Positions 41,001 to 50,878 of a DNA stretch of 64,000 nucleotides are shown piece after piece. Made by a program: the position numbers and the translations under genes. The stretch is from a bacterium (lineage in GTDB: Bacteria; Fidelibacterota; Fidelibacteria; Fidelibacterales; Fidelibacteraceae): the NCBI GenBank assembly GCA_963676395.1, contig OY781066.1, forward strand, positions 352,001-416,000, in the 5' to 3' direction. A model generated the notes under the pieces. The model saw only the letters and a list, made by a program, of their open reading frames with translations, did not search any database and was not told where the DNA came from. Numbering within the stretch: position 1 is the first letter of the stretch; the number at the start of each line of letters is the position of its first letter.

Positions 41001-41993
41001 TTAGTTCACCCTTAATTCCGGGATTTGTTTTTTCAATACGATCACCTCAACCTGCTTGGGTGAGCTATCTATTACATCAAGCACCGTTTCGGGTGTTTTC
41101 ACCTTGACGGGATAATAATTCCTATTCGGAAACCATTGTGTTAAATAATCAAAGTACACCGTAAAATCATCTTCGGTGAGAGATTGAATTTGCGAATTGC
41201 CTCCTGTGATCCTTAAGCTGACGGTTTTGGGTAAAAACTGTATTTCTAGATCATCCGGCTGATTTTTCACGGTAATAGGGATATTCATAATACTCCTTTC
41301 ACCTATCATTTCCACCTCAAATTCCACTTCAAGAACATCTTGCGATAACTGCATTAATTTCGGGAAAGGATTAATTATCTCAAGCTCTTCAGAAAAGGCT
41401 ATATCAACATTATCACGCTGATAATCTTTTGTAGCCAGTTTATGAATATCTCTTAAAAGCTTTTCAGGTCCACTTATTTCTAAAGCATACTCTTTGTGCT
41501 TATCAACAAGAATAAAACCCGGTTTGAGCGAAATATCAGAGTGAACTTCAATGGGAACAGTCTTATTGATCTTCTCATCAATCTCAATTCTTATACTATC
41601 GGGATAAACAATTTCAAGAAATTGCATATCATCCATTAATCGAACTTGATTTTCTCTTTCGCTAAAATACTCTTTTAAAGAAATACTCTGAGAACCGGAA
41701 ATTGCGCCAACATCTAAAATAAGTTGAGATTTTTTAGACCAACGCTGAAAGTAAAGATTTCGACCATTTCCCTCGACCCGAAGCTTTACCGTCTCAGGTA
41801 AATCTTCAGCTAGTGTTTTATTATCTCTTGGTTCATAAATCTTTAAAGGTACATCGATCACACCGACATATTTTTGTCCGGACACGATGAGGAACCATAA
41901 AACAATGGCTGAAATGATCACAATAATTTTAGGAACTACATTTTTCATATAAAAACCCCGAAATTGAGGCAATTTAATGAAATTATCAGTCAT
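41001..41993 (-). CDS. YbbR/CdaR-like domain protein
   Basis: N-terminal K...I..AIVLWF TM and repeated P..V...G YbbR-type segments; true start probably the second Met (MKNVVPK). Confidence 0.7.
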   Translation of the reverse strand: MTDNFIKLPQFRGFYMKNVVPKIIVIISAIVLWFLIVSGQKYVGVIDVPLKIYEPRDNKTLAEDLPETVKLRVEGNGRNLYFQRWSKKSQLILDVGAISGSQSISLKEYFSERENQVRLMDDMQFLEIVYPDSIRIEIDEKINKTVPIEVHSDISLKPGFILVDKHKEYALEISGPEKLLRDIHKLATKDYQRDNVDIAFSEELEIINPFPKLMQLSQDVLEVEFEVEMIGERSIMNIPITVKNQPDDLEIQFLPKTVSLRITGGNSQIQSLTEDDFTVYFDYLTQWFPNRNYYPVKVKTPETVLDVIDSSPKQVEVIVLKKQIPELRVN

Positions 41994-42283
41994 TCACAAT
42001 TTAAAATGAGATTATTAGACAGATAATAGTATTTTATCGACTATTCTCAAATTTTCACAATGCATTGCTTATGATTATTCGAAATATTAATAATTAGGAT
42101 TAAAATTTATGTATAAAAGTGATAAGTAACAAATGATAAGCAAGGACAAACTCGTCATTGCTACCCGAGTGTAACAAAGGTCTACCGACCGGTAAGAATA
42201 ATAATTAAACCAATGCAAACAAAAGCGACAGAGTAGAAAGAGCTTAAACAACTTTGTTGTATGGTTTATATATCAGAACTATT

Positions 42284-44427
42284 ATAAATGAGGATCAGTT
42301 TTTTGCATCAAGTCACAACCTAGTGGTGGTGGGCAATATAGTGGGAGTTGTTGTTTTTAGTCAGTTTTTTGCATCAAGTCACAACTACCGTAGGGACACC
42401 CTGTTTTGTTAATGTGTTGTTTTTAGTCAGTTTTTTGCATCAAGTCACAACAGTCAACCTTCTGCTGGTCGTGTCAATATGTTGTTTTTAGTCAGTTTTT
42501 TGCATCAAGTCACAACATGCTTTTGTTTGCTTCGATGGAACTGGAAGTTGTTTTTAGTCAGTTTTTTGCATCAAGTCACAACATAAAAACAGGCACTGTA
42601 AAATTCATAAAAGTTGTTTTTAGTCAGTTTTTTGCATCAAGTCACAACATATTGAATTTAATCGATCGATGATCTCGCGTTGTTTTTAGTCAGTTTTTTG
42701 CATCAAGTCACAACCGATCTCTATCAATCGAAATCAATGCGGAAGTTGTTTTTAGTCAGTTTTTTGCATCAAGTCACAACCCAATACTCTTAATACTAAG
42801 ATAAAAAAAAGTTGTTTTTAGTCAGTTTTTTGCATCAAGTCACAACCTAATGACCTTTATAAGGCATTTTCCGGTAGTTGTTTTTAGTCAGTTTTTTGCA
42901 TCAAGTCACAACACATCGGCCGAGGAGTAGTGCGCATTGGAGTTGTTTTTAGTCAGTTTTTTGCATCAAGTCACAACATATTGCGATAATTCTTTTGACC
43001 TGGCCAAGTTGTTTTTAGTCAGTTTTTTGCATCAAGTCACAACCGTGGCGGTGGTTGCTCTTGCTGTCGTCGCGTTGTTTTTAGTCAGTTTTTTGCATCA
43101 AGTCACAACCTCGATGTTCTTAAATCATTTGTGGAAGTCGTTGTTTTTAGTCAGTTTTTTGCATCAAGTCACAACCATCAGATCGTTAATTGTCATTAGC
43201 TTCATGTTGTTTTTAGTCAGTTTTTTGCATCAAGTCACAACACGAAACCTTGATCAGTTAGAAACAGCTCTGTTGTTTTTAGTCAGTTTTTTGCATCAAG
43301 TCACAACTCAATCTGGTGTTCATCCTTATAGCCATTGGTTGTTTTTAGTCAGTTTTTTGCATCAAGTCACAACAAAGCTTAACGAATTATGTCGGCTACA
43401 TATGTTGTTTTTAGTCAGTTTTTTGCATCAAGTCACAACAGAAAGCTCAACATCCAACATAGAAGAAATGTTGTTTTTAGTCAGTTTTTTGCATCAAGTC
43501 ACAACTAGCAAACGAAATGTCGTAGTTGCTATTAAGTTGTTTTTAGTCAGTTTTTTGCATCAAGTCACAACCGTACCTCGTTTAATACCGTTTATCGTAT
43601 CGTTGTTTTTAGTCAGTTTTTTGCATCAAGTCACAACGAAGAGGGCGAGAATTTAACAACACAGCCAGTTGTTTTTAGTCAGTTTTTTGCATCAAGTCAC
43701 AACCTGTGATCCTGAATGTCAATGGAACAGAAGGTTGTTTTTAGTCAGTTTTTTGCATCAAGTCACAACTAAAATAAAGGAATATAGTTCTTCTATTCGT
43801 TGTTTTTAGTCAGTTTTTTGCATCAAGTCACAACCGGAGTGTTCTTCATCGACTCTGAGAAAAAGTTGTTTTTAGTCAGTTTTTTGCATCAAGTCACAAC
43901 AAATTGCCAGTTATTGCCCTTCCGACATTTGTTGTTTTTAGTCAGTTTTTTGCATCAAGTCACAACATTTCTCAACTTCAAATAGAACTCTGAACTGTTG
44001 TTTTTAGTCAGTTTTTTGCATCAAGTCACAACATAAAATCGTTTTGGATATTTCTTTTTGAGTTGTTTTTAGTCAGTTTTTTGCATCAAGTCACAACCAA
44101 CACAATCTGACCCATCATACTTCAGCGGTTGTTTTTAGTCAGTTTTTTGCATCAAGTCACAACGGGTGACATGTTTCTTGTCAAATTTCACCTGTTGTTT
44201 TTAGTCAGTTTTTTGCATCAAGTCACAACACATCGAATTTAATAAGTCGATGATCTTACGTTGTTTTTAGTCAGTTTTTTGCATCAAGTCACAACATATC
44301 GAGAATCATCAAAAAGAAAGGCCTTGTTGTTTTTAGTCAGTTTTTTGCATCAAGTCACAACCGGAGACAACGCCTGTACTGTCGAGAGTTTGTTGTTTTT
44401 AGTCAGTTTTTTGCATCAAGTCACAAC
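42284..44427 (-). CRISPR. Type II-C CRISPR array: 32 identical 36-bp repeats plus 1 degenerate terminal repeat, 32 spacers (28 of 30 nt, 4 of 29 nt)
   Basis: Minus-strand repeat GTTGTGACTTGATGCAAAAAACTGACTAAAAACAAC. The degenerate copy at 42284-42319 marks the trailer end, and tracrRNA complementarity supports the orientation. Confidence 0.98.
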
Positions 44428-44581
44428 CAAGGTCCATTTTAGCCTTTATTTATAAGGGTTTGGCGTGATTTTCTTGTCATTAAAATCACATATTTCAATG
44501 GAAGCGTATGATACAAAGTCCTTTTTTTCAATCCTAATCATTCTACTAAACTTAATCCTCAATGTCAAAGATCAATTAAAT
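44428..44581 (-). promoter_or_regulatory. CRISPR leader
   Basis: AT-rich 154-nt gap between the cas2 stop and the first perfect repeat; contains a GTGATTTT...AAAATCAC inverted repeat (44465-44489). Confidence 0.65.
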
Positions 44582-44920
44582 TTAAAACATTTCCAATTGT
44601 GCCTTTGGCGGAGGCAATGCTTTGGTCTTATGTCCCCAAAAATTTACAATATTCCCATATTGTTTATCCGTAATACTCATAATGCTCACCTGACCTTCAG
44701 AGGGTACAGATGTTTTGACCCGTTTTACATGTACATCCATGCTTTCCCGGCTGGCGCAGTGCCGGATATACACCGAATATTGCATCATCGTAAATCCGTC
44801 TTTCAGTAATTTCTTACGGAATTGCGAAGCGGCCTTGCGTTCCGCTTTCGTATTGGTCGGAAGGTCAAAAAAAACAAATAACCACATAATACGATAGGCG
44901 TTGATCCGGTTAAATTCCAT
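44582..44920 (-). CDS. cas2: CRISPR-associated endonuclease Cas2
   Basis: MWLFVFFDLPT, FRKKLLKDGF.M.QYSVY and ITDKQY motifs, typical of type II. Confidence 0.97.
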   Translation of the reverse strand: MEFNRINAYRIMWLFVFFDLPTNTKAERKAASQFRKKLLKDGFTMMQYSVYIRHCASRESMDVHVKRVKTSVPSEGQVSIMSITDKQYGNIVNFWGHKTKALPPPKAQLEMF

Positions 44921-44923
44921 GGT

Positions 44924-45814
44924 TTACTCAATAAACTCGGGCAATTCCAGTTTTCTTGTTTCACCTTTATAACATTTTGCCAATGATGCGGATGTCGTCT
45001 GCATCGCCAGCATCAATGGCTTGATTTCATCATTCATTTTGCAATCGCAAGATAGCACAGCCAATAATTCCATTTTAATTTCTTTTGTTAGATCATCTTG
45101 CTCAGGAAAGGTGGCATTCATCTCATGCACTACAGCATCCACAAAAGGACGATAGGCTTCCATGATATCATCTGCCAAGCAAAATGCATTATAGCGATTA
45201 CGATGGTGAATACCCAAAGTGTTTAATAGTCCGGATCCGGCCAAAGCTCTCGCTACAGCTGCTCGGATTATAGCATACCCGTAATTCAACATATTATTCG
45301 GAGGCAATCCTTCCCGTAAACGCCGAAAATCATAGCCAAATAAACGAGTCCAATACACCCGTGCCGCATAGCCTTCCCGATTATCACTGTCACCGCTTTT
45401 CACTTGTCTTGACATGGATAAGATATCATCACCATTCGAACCCACATATGCCAAAACAGCCGCCTGATTTCTTAATTTTGCTTCTATGCATTGTTTCCAT
45501 AGATTCTTTTTTAAAGGCTCACTTGCATTGATCTGCTCCCTGAATATTTCGTTCTGTATCGTATTCCCATCCAAATTCAGTAACATAGAACGAGGATGAT
45601 GCAAGGTATCGCAGAAGATTAACGCTGTATTATTTTCTCGTAAAACATTCATTAATGGCATAGATAAAGTGATTCGTTGATTATCTAAAACCAAAAAACC
45701 GATATCCTCAATCGGAGTTGACTGAACAGGCTCATTCTCCTTTTCGATCTGCAATTGCCGGTGTTTTACGGAAAGATAGCAGGGTGATGTAATAATGATG
45801 GTGCGTTTAATCAA
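44924..45814 (-). CDS. cas1: CRISPR-associated endonuclease Cas1 (type II)
   Basis: PIEDIG, SGDSDNREG.AA..YW, N.MLNYGYAI.R and LGIHH.N.YN.F.LADD motifs. Confidence 0.97.
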   Translation of the reverse strand: MIKRTIIITSPCYLSVKHRQLQIEKENEPVQSTPIEDIGFLVLDNQRITLSMPLMNVLRENNTALIFCDTLHHPRSMLLNLDGNTIQNEIFREQINASEPLKKNLWKQCIEAKLRNQAAVLAYVGSNGDDILSMSRQVKSGDSDNREGYAARVYWTRLFGYDFRRLREGLPPNNMLNYGYAIIRAAVARALAGSGLLNTLGIHHRNRYNAFCLADDIMEAYRPFVDAVVHEMNATFPEQDDLTKEIKMELLAVLSCDCKMNDEIKPLMLAMQTTSASLAKCYKGETRKLELPEFIE

Positions 45815-48800
45815 ATATTCTTCCTAAAATAGTTTGATTTACTTTCATTGGATTAAAGGTTAACCAACCAGTTGTACCTTTCCCAAAATTTTTTATATAT
45901 ATATAATCATTCTTTGCTTCATTATCCTTCCTTGAATCTAAATGATGTTTAAAACATAATTCCATAAAATAACTACCACCTGCAATTTTTTGAACTTTAT
46001 ACAAATGTTTTGAAAACTGCTCTATAGGGATATTTGCTAAATTAATACTTTCATTTAACCCCAAAAAAAACATATCATTCTTTTTTAAAGTTGTTACAAT
46101 TCGTTTGCCATCACTAGGAAGTTGATATATTGACTCTTTTCGTTTAATTCGTTGCGAAACGTCCCAAAACGATACAACGTTCTCTTTCAACTCATCATTA
46201 ATATCTTTATAAATCATCACATGATGATTAGACCTTGGATTTACATATTGAGTCAAAGTGTTCTTAAGCTTTCTGGCATTCCCAATTTCTTCTCGTATTC
46301 TAACCTTAGTAACAGGAACTTCTTCCCCATTTTTATTTGGAAGTTTTATCATAAATTTCCCGTTTTTATAGAATGCATCTTTGGGAATTGTATATTTATT
46401 ATTTGTATCAATTCCATATTCATTTTGCAAATATGATTCAATTAATTTTCTAATACCCTTATCAACAACTTTATCTACATGTGTTTTTCCAGATAAACTT
46501 GTAATGGATTTTCTTACATGAAAGGCTTCTCGACCATCAGGAGCAGTCCTTTTCCCAAATACAGTCTCTTTATGCAACTGCCCCCTAGCAGCATGTTTAC
46601 CACTATTAAAAGTACGATTATCTTTAAAATATGATACCAATATTGCATCTGCAGATTTTTGAACATCAACTCTAAAATTCTCCCAAGGGGCATCAAATTC
46701 AGGTCTTCCAGATCTTTTACCTTCATATCGCTCACGTATTTGAGCATTATATGTACTCAGCTTTTGCAAAAAGCTTCTTTCTGTACACGCGATTGCCATT
46801 GCATCAATAGCATGATGTCGTTGATCTTCTCTATTTTTCTTTGGATCAAAACGTACTTCACCCTGTTTATCTATCCAAATATTACCTTCGATAAGTTTTT
46901 CATTTTTATTTAATTTAGGTTCTTCACTTTCGACGGGAATAAAATCAATTTCTTCATCTTGTTTTTCAAATACAGCCCAATATTTTCCAAGAGGTAGATC
47001 GGTTCCATATGCTTGATCGGGATTTTCATCGGATATCCATGTACCATTATTATCTGTGCTACCAGACAACATAATTTGATTTGCGTTAATAACAGGTTTA
47101 TCAGCTAATACACGCATCAAAGAAACATCGCTAACATTAAGATCTAGTACAGCCCAAACATCTACTTCTTCATGTTCTGTTGGACAAGAATATTGATAAG
47201 AAGAAAAATACCCATTCTCAATCTTTCCCCAAATAGCTAACTGCCCTTTTTTAGGTTTTGGTTTTTCTTTATCTATAAATGTTACTTTCAACACATCAAA
47301 ACTAGCCCAATATTTCCCATTAAGCTTATCTTTTACATCAATCTTTATCCCGATCTTTTCATAAATAAATTTTTCATTACTAACACTACCTTTTAAAACA
47401 ATCACCCTTGAAGTGGGAACGGGTTTATCATTAAAAAATCGATAGAAAGTCGGAGTATTTTTGACCGATATTTTGCACCAATATTTTCCATTTCTATTTT
47501 CAGTTGCAACTATATCATGACTATTATCTGACTTAAACACTTCTTTATTCACATAACCGGGAAACAAACAATAACCTCTTGTAACCTGTGGTTTTATATT
47601 TTGTTTTTTATGTACCGATACAAATGAACCATCTTCTCTAACAACTGCCCAGTGAGGGATCTTAACATTATCTTTTGCATCAATGATTAAATTTGCATCG
47701 GTGAGATTTTTTGCCGGTTGAAGTACATTGTTTAGTCCCCATAAATGACGCAATTCTGCTGTTAATTTACCGGGTAATATTTGCACATTATCACATATCT
47801 CTTGAAGTAAATTCTTTGCTTCCTTGCTGATATAACGCATATCATTTAACTGTCTCGAAATAAAGCTATCTTGATCAATTGACTTTCTTGATGTAAAACG
47901 CTTCGCTTTATTATAGGGCAGCAATGAAAATGCTCTTATTTGGATATCATCCCAGGATTTAGCACCACCCCATAATGCCGGATCTGAATTACTTTGATAA
48001 AATTCACAAGGCGTTTTTTCACCCTTTTCTCGATTAAAATTTGCTTCACATAAAGTAATATTAGCAAAACTGTCATCTAGAGAAACGCTATATGGAATAA
48101 TGTGCTCTATTTGAAATAGATTTCCGCTACCTAAGACATCATTGATTCTGATAGTTTTACCTGTATATGGACATACCACAGGATTCATATGTTCTTCAAT
48201 TTCTTTGTACAATAAATACTTGCGAATATTCTGTCTTGTATGGGCCAATCCAAATTCAGATAACTTTTCTTTGGCAACGTCATTTTTTCTTTTATTATCA
48301 TTTATTTTATATGACATTTCCTGGCGTAATTTTGAATTATTTTTCAAATCACGGCCCATTTCCACCTTAATTATATCCATTTGCCCATATTCCTTGAGCA
48401 AAGCATTTACCACATGACGGGTTTCAGATAAAGCTCTCTGAACTAATGGATTTCTTAAGTTTGGAACTGTTGATAATTTACGTTTCAATTCTCCTGTGTT
48501 TGCTTTGAGGTCCACTGAAGGATGATATAATTTTTTAAATTTTTTGTCCTTTGCTTCAAAACCAAAATCAATTTCTTTAGTACCTGATAATAAGAATGAT
48601 TTTATTTTTTCTATCAACTCACCCTCAGCATTTTTTTCTTTCATAAAATGTTTTACAGTATTTTCGATGAGTTCATGTTCTTTACTAAACAAATTCCACT
48701 TTTCCTTACCAAAGGCATTTTTTATACCACCAAGAATAACCGCTAAACTCAAAGAATACCCTTTAATTAAGAAAGGATTTATATTACGAATAGCTTTTAA

Positions 48801-50324
48801 AGAAAGTGAACCATAGTCATCTGCTAAATGTATTTTTCTTATATCATCTACTGATTTGCATTTACATGCATAATCTTTTTTAAGCTTGTTATACAATTTG
48901 TCATTATCAGCGTAAAAATGAAAACAATGCCAAATATCAAGATAATTATTTTCCCATACGGCTGCATCAAAAAGTGGTTTTAAATTAGCTATTGTTTTAT
49001 TGCAGGGAACGGAGAACTCATCATCATAATTAAAGCGTTCCGATGTTAGTTTTAGCTTTTTAGGTATATCTTTAAACTTAAAATTTGATTTTTTACTATT
49101 AATTAACTCCAGTACAATCTTTCGCTGTTCTTCATCAAGCTTCTGCCTTGTCCCATATTCAATATTGTTGATAAATTGATATGCACGATATAACTCAAAT
49201 TCCGGATGTGAGAGACAACATGGACTTTTTCCTGTCACAATCTTTTTTTTATCAATAACAACCGTTTGATGTTCATATCTACACTTGTTTAATAAATTCT
49301 TTTGACTCCTCAGAGGACGTTGCCAGAATAATACACTTTCATTTGTGTTTTTATGCACTATAAAATCTTCTTTCATCCAAATATCGCCGGCTAAATATTT
49401 AAATAAGGGAACTTCTGTTTCACTTATGACAACATTACCACGTATTTTGATATTATTCTTGCCATATTTATTTTCCAAAAAGTTAATTTTCTCTATGTTT
49501 CTTTTTGCTGATAACGATCCCCGAAGCATCCGAACTTTTTTTTGAATTACTTTCTGATTATTTAACCCCAAATGACCTGCTTGGCATTCCCAAATATGAT
49601 ATAATTCTTCAATGTACATATCTCTTAGCGTATATCTTGATCTTGCACGAAGAATTTTCCCATCTTCATCTCTATATTCTTTATATGGCTCACCTTTTGC
49701 CGGAATAATTGAATATAAGTATTCACCCAATAACTTATCTTTCATTTTATCCTGAGTTTCCGAAATCCCAACCTTATCATCTTTGCCTTTATATAGAGTA
49801 CCGGTATCGCTATTCTGATCTTTTCTACTGCTAACAAAACCTCTTCTTTGAATAAAATGATAAAGTATCCTACCTAATTCTTGAAGTGTAATTTCTTCTT
49901 TAACAGCTCTATTTCTTAGCTCATATGGATTTAATTTTAACCATTCGTTAAACTCAGGTGTGTTAGGAAATTCTCTTTGGGTGCCTGTTATATCTTTATG
50001 ATATTTTTTCCATCCATCCAAATCATGCATGCTAAGTGGACACATATTCTTTTCGATTAATATTTCAAGCAACTTGATTTTTCTTAATCTTTTCCGATAG
50101 AATTGTCTTCTTTTTTGACGAAATTCACGTCGTTTAGCATTTCTTGATTTTTCATTTTGTCCCTTACCAATTGTATCTGGTTCTAAACCTTCGGGAAAAA
50201 TTCTCACACCCGAATCAATGATAGAAGTATATTTTTCTACCTGTCCCTTAATGTTTATATCAGCCTCCACTATCGCCCAACCGATACTGTTTGTTCCCAG
50301 ATCCAATCCTAAAATGCGCCCCAT
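45807..50324 (-). CDS. cas9: Type II-C Cas9, 1505 aa, with a large repeat insertion in RuvC-III
   Basis: RuvC-I GLDLGTNSIGW, Arg-rich bridge helix, RuvC-II VEMGRD, HNH IEHIIP...N, RuvC-III RHHAIDA; no cas4 or csn2 in the locus. Confidence 0.97.
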   Translation of the reverse strand: MGRILGLDLGTNSIGWAIVEADINIKGQVEKYTSIIDSGVRIFPEGLEPDTIGKGQNEKSRNAKRREFRQKRRQFYRKRLRKIKLLEILIEKNMCPLSMHDLDGWKKYHKDITGTQREFPNTPEFNEWLKLNPYELRNRAVKEEITLQELGRILYHFIQRRGFVSSRKDQNSDTGTLYKGKDDKVGISETQDKMKDKLLGEYLYSIIPAKGEPYKEYRDEDGKILRARSRYTLRDMYIEELYHIWECQAGHLGLNNQKVIQKKVRMLRGSLSAKRNIEKINFLENKYGKNNIKIRGNVVISETEVPLFKYLAGDIWMKEDFIVHKNTNESVLFWQRPLRSQKNLLNKCRYEHQTVVIDKKKIVTGKSPCCLSHPEFELYRAYQFINNIEYGTRQKLDEEQRKIVLELINSKKSNFKFKDIPKKLKLTSERFNYDDEFSVPCNKTIANLKPLFDAAVWENNYLDIWHCFHFYADNDKLYNKLKKDYACKCKSVDDIRKIHLADDYGSLSLKAIRNINPFLIKGYSLSLAVILGGIKNAFGKEKWNLFSKEHELIENTVKHFMKEKNAEGELIEKIKSFLLSGTKEIDFGFEAKDKKFKKLYHPSVDLKANTGELKRKLSTVPNLRNPLVQRALSETRHVVNALLKEYGQMDIIKVEMGRDLKNNSKLRQEMSYKINDNKRKNDVAKEKLSEFGLAHTRQNIRKYLLYKEIEEHMNPVVCPYTGKTIRINDVLGSGNLFQIEHIIPYSVSLDDSFANITLCEANFNREKGEKTPCEFYQSNSDPALWGGAKSWDDIQIRAFSLLPYNKAKRFTSRKSIDQDSFISRQLNDMRYISKEAKNLLQEICDNVQILPGKLTAELRHLWGLNNVLQPAKNLTDANLIIDAKDNVKIPHWAVVREDGSFVSVHKKQNIKPQVTRGYCLFPGYVNKEVFKSDNSHDIVATENRNGKYWCKISVKNTPTFYRFFNDKPVPTSRVIVLKGSVSNEKFIYEKIGIKIDVKDKLNGKYWASFDVLKVTFIDKEKPKPKKGQLAIWGKIENGYFSSYQYSCPTEHEEVDVWAVLDLNVSDVSLMRVLADKPVINANQIMLSGSTDNNGTWISDENPDQAYGTDLPLGKYWAVFEKQDEEIDFIPVESEEPKLNKNEKLIEGNIWIDKQGEVRFDPKKNREDQRHHAIDAMAIACTERSFLQKLSTYNAQIRERYEGKRSGRPEFDAPWENFRVDVQKSADAILVSYFKDNRTFNSGKHAARGQLHKETVFGKRTAPDGREAFHVRKSITSLSGKTHVDKVVDKGIRKLIESYLQNEYGIDTNNKYTIPKDAFYKNGKFMIKLPNKNGEEVPVTKVRIREEIGNARKLKNTLTQYVNPRSNHHVMIYKDINDELKENVVSFWDVSQRIKRKESIYQLPSDGKRIVTTLKKNDMFFLGLNESINLANIPIEQFSKHLYKVQKIAGGSYFMELCFKHHLDSRKDNEAKNDYIYIKNFGKGTTGWLTFNPMKVNQTILGRIFD

Positions 50325-50350
50325 GCTATACTCCTAAAAATGAATGAAAT

Positions 50351-50426
50351 AAAAGAGTCCCCACCGAGGCGGGGACATAGACATCAAAGTCTTCGGCATA
50401 TAGCCTTATTGTGACAAGATGCAATT
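50351..50426 (-). ncRNA. tracrRNA (predicted, about 75 nt)
   Basis: TTGCATC-TT-GTCACAAT pairs with the repeat 5' end GTTGTGAC-TT-GATGCAA. It is followed by AAGGC-TATAT-GCC (nexus), an AGAC/GTCT hairpin and a GTCCCC/GGGGAC-TCTTTT terminator. Confidence 0.88.
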
Positions 50427-50432
50427 CTTTTA

Positions 50433-50461
50433 ATATTATCTGTTTTTAAATAAAATGTCAA
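50433..50461 (-). promoter_or_regulatory. Sigma70-type promoter for the tracrRNA (possibly also cas9)
   Basis: TTGACA - 17 nt - TAATAT ending 8 nt before the anti-repeat. Confidence 0.7.
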
Positions 50462-50850
50462 CATTTAATTATTCACCCAATTCGCCCCCATTGGTTTAAC
50501 TTCATACTATTAGATAGTTATATTTTTTATTACCAAGAAATTTAGAAGAATATTTCTTTTTATGCAAAAACTATTTAATCTGTTAAGATTTTACCTTACC
50601 CCATTTAAGTAAGGTATATATCCTCCAGGCTAAAACCTGGGATTATTCATCCTCAATAAATAATGCATCATTTGTAATTCACAGTTACTTCTTCTTATTC
50701 TAAACCCTATCAAATGATTTCGCGACTCACCCTTATCTATATCTCTCCACTTTGTTAGCCTCTCCGTCAGTCGACGGATATGTCTTTCTTCGATCAAGAT
50801 GGCATTATTCTTTCACCTTTCAATCCTCAACTCTTCAACTTTTCGACCAC

Positions 50851-50878
50851 AAAACAAAAGGGCTCGACAAGCGAGCCC
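50851..50878 (-). terminator. rpsA terminator
   Basis: GGGCTCG-CTTGT-CGAGCCC-TTTTGTTTT. Confidence 0.8.

Noticed and set aside
42150..42185. REP-like fragment (GTCATTGC...GAGTGTAAC), with a similar hint near 12905-12980
   Set aside because: Too degenerate, and no clear paired copy in the window to support a repeat family.
42320..44391. Self-targeting spacers
   Set aside because: No match to the rest of the window noticed by eye; a proper alignment against the whole genome is needed.
42937..44455. ORFs with repeating LFLVSFLHQVTT (239, 61 and 64 aa)
   Set aside because: Artefact of the 66-nt (22-codon) CRISPR period; not proteins.
50462..50850. Possible small Cas9-associated accessory gene upstream of the tracrRNA
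   Set aside because: No ORF of 60 aa or more on the cas strand in the track, and no convincing SD-led short ORF seen; the + strand 86-aa ORF is antisense to rpsA.
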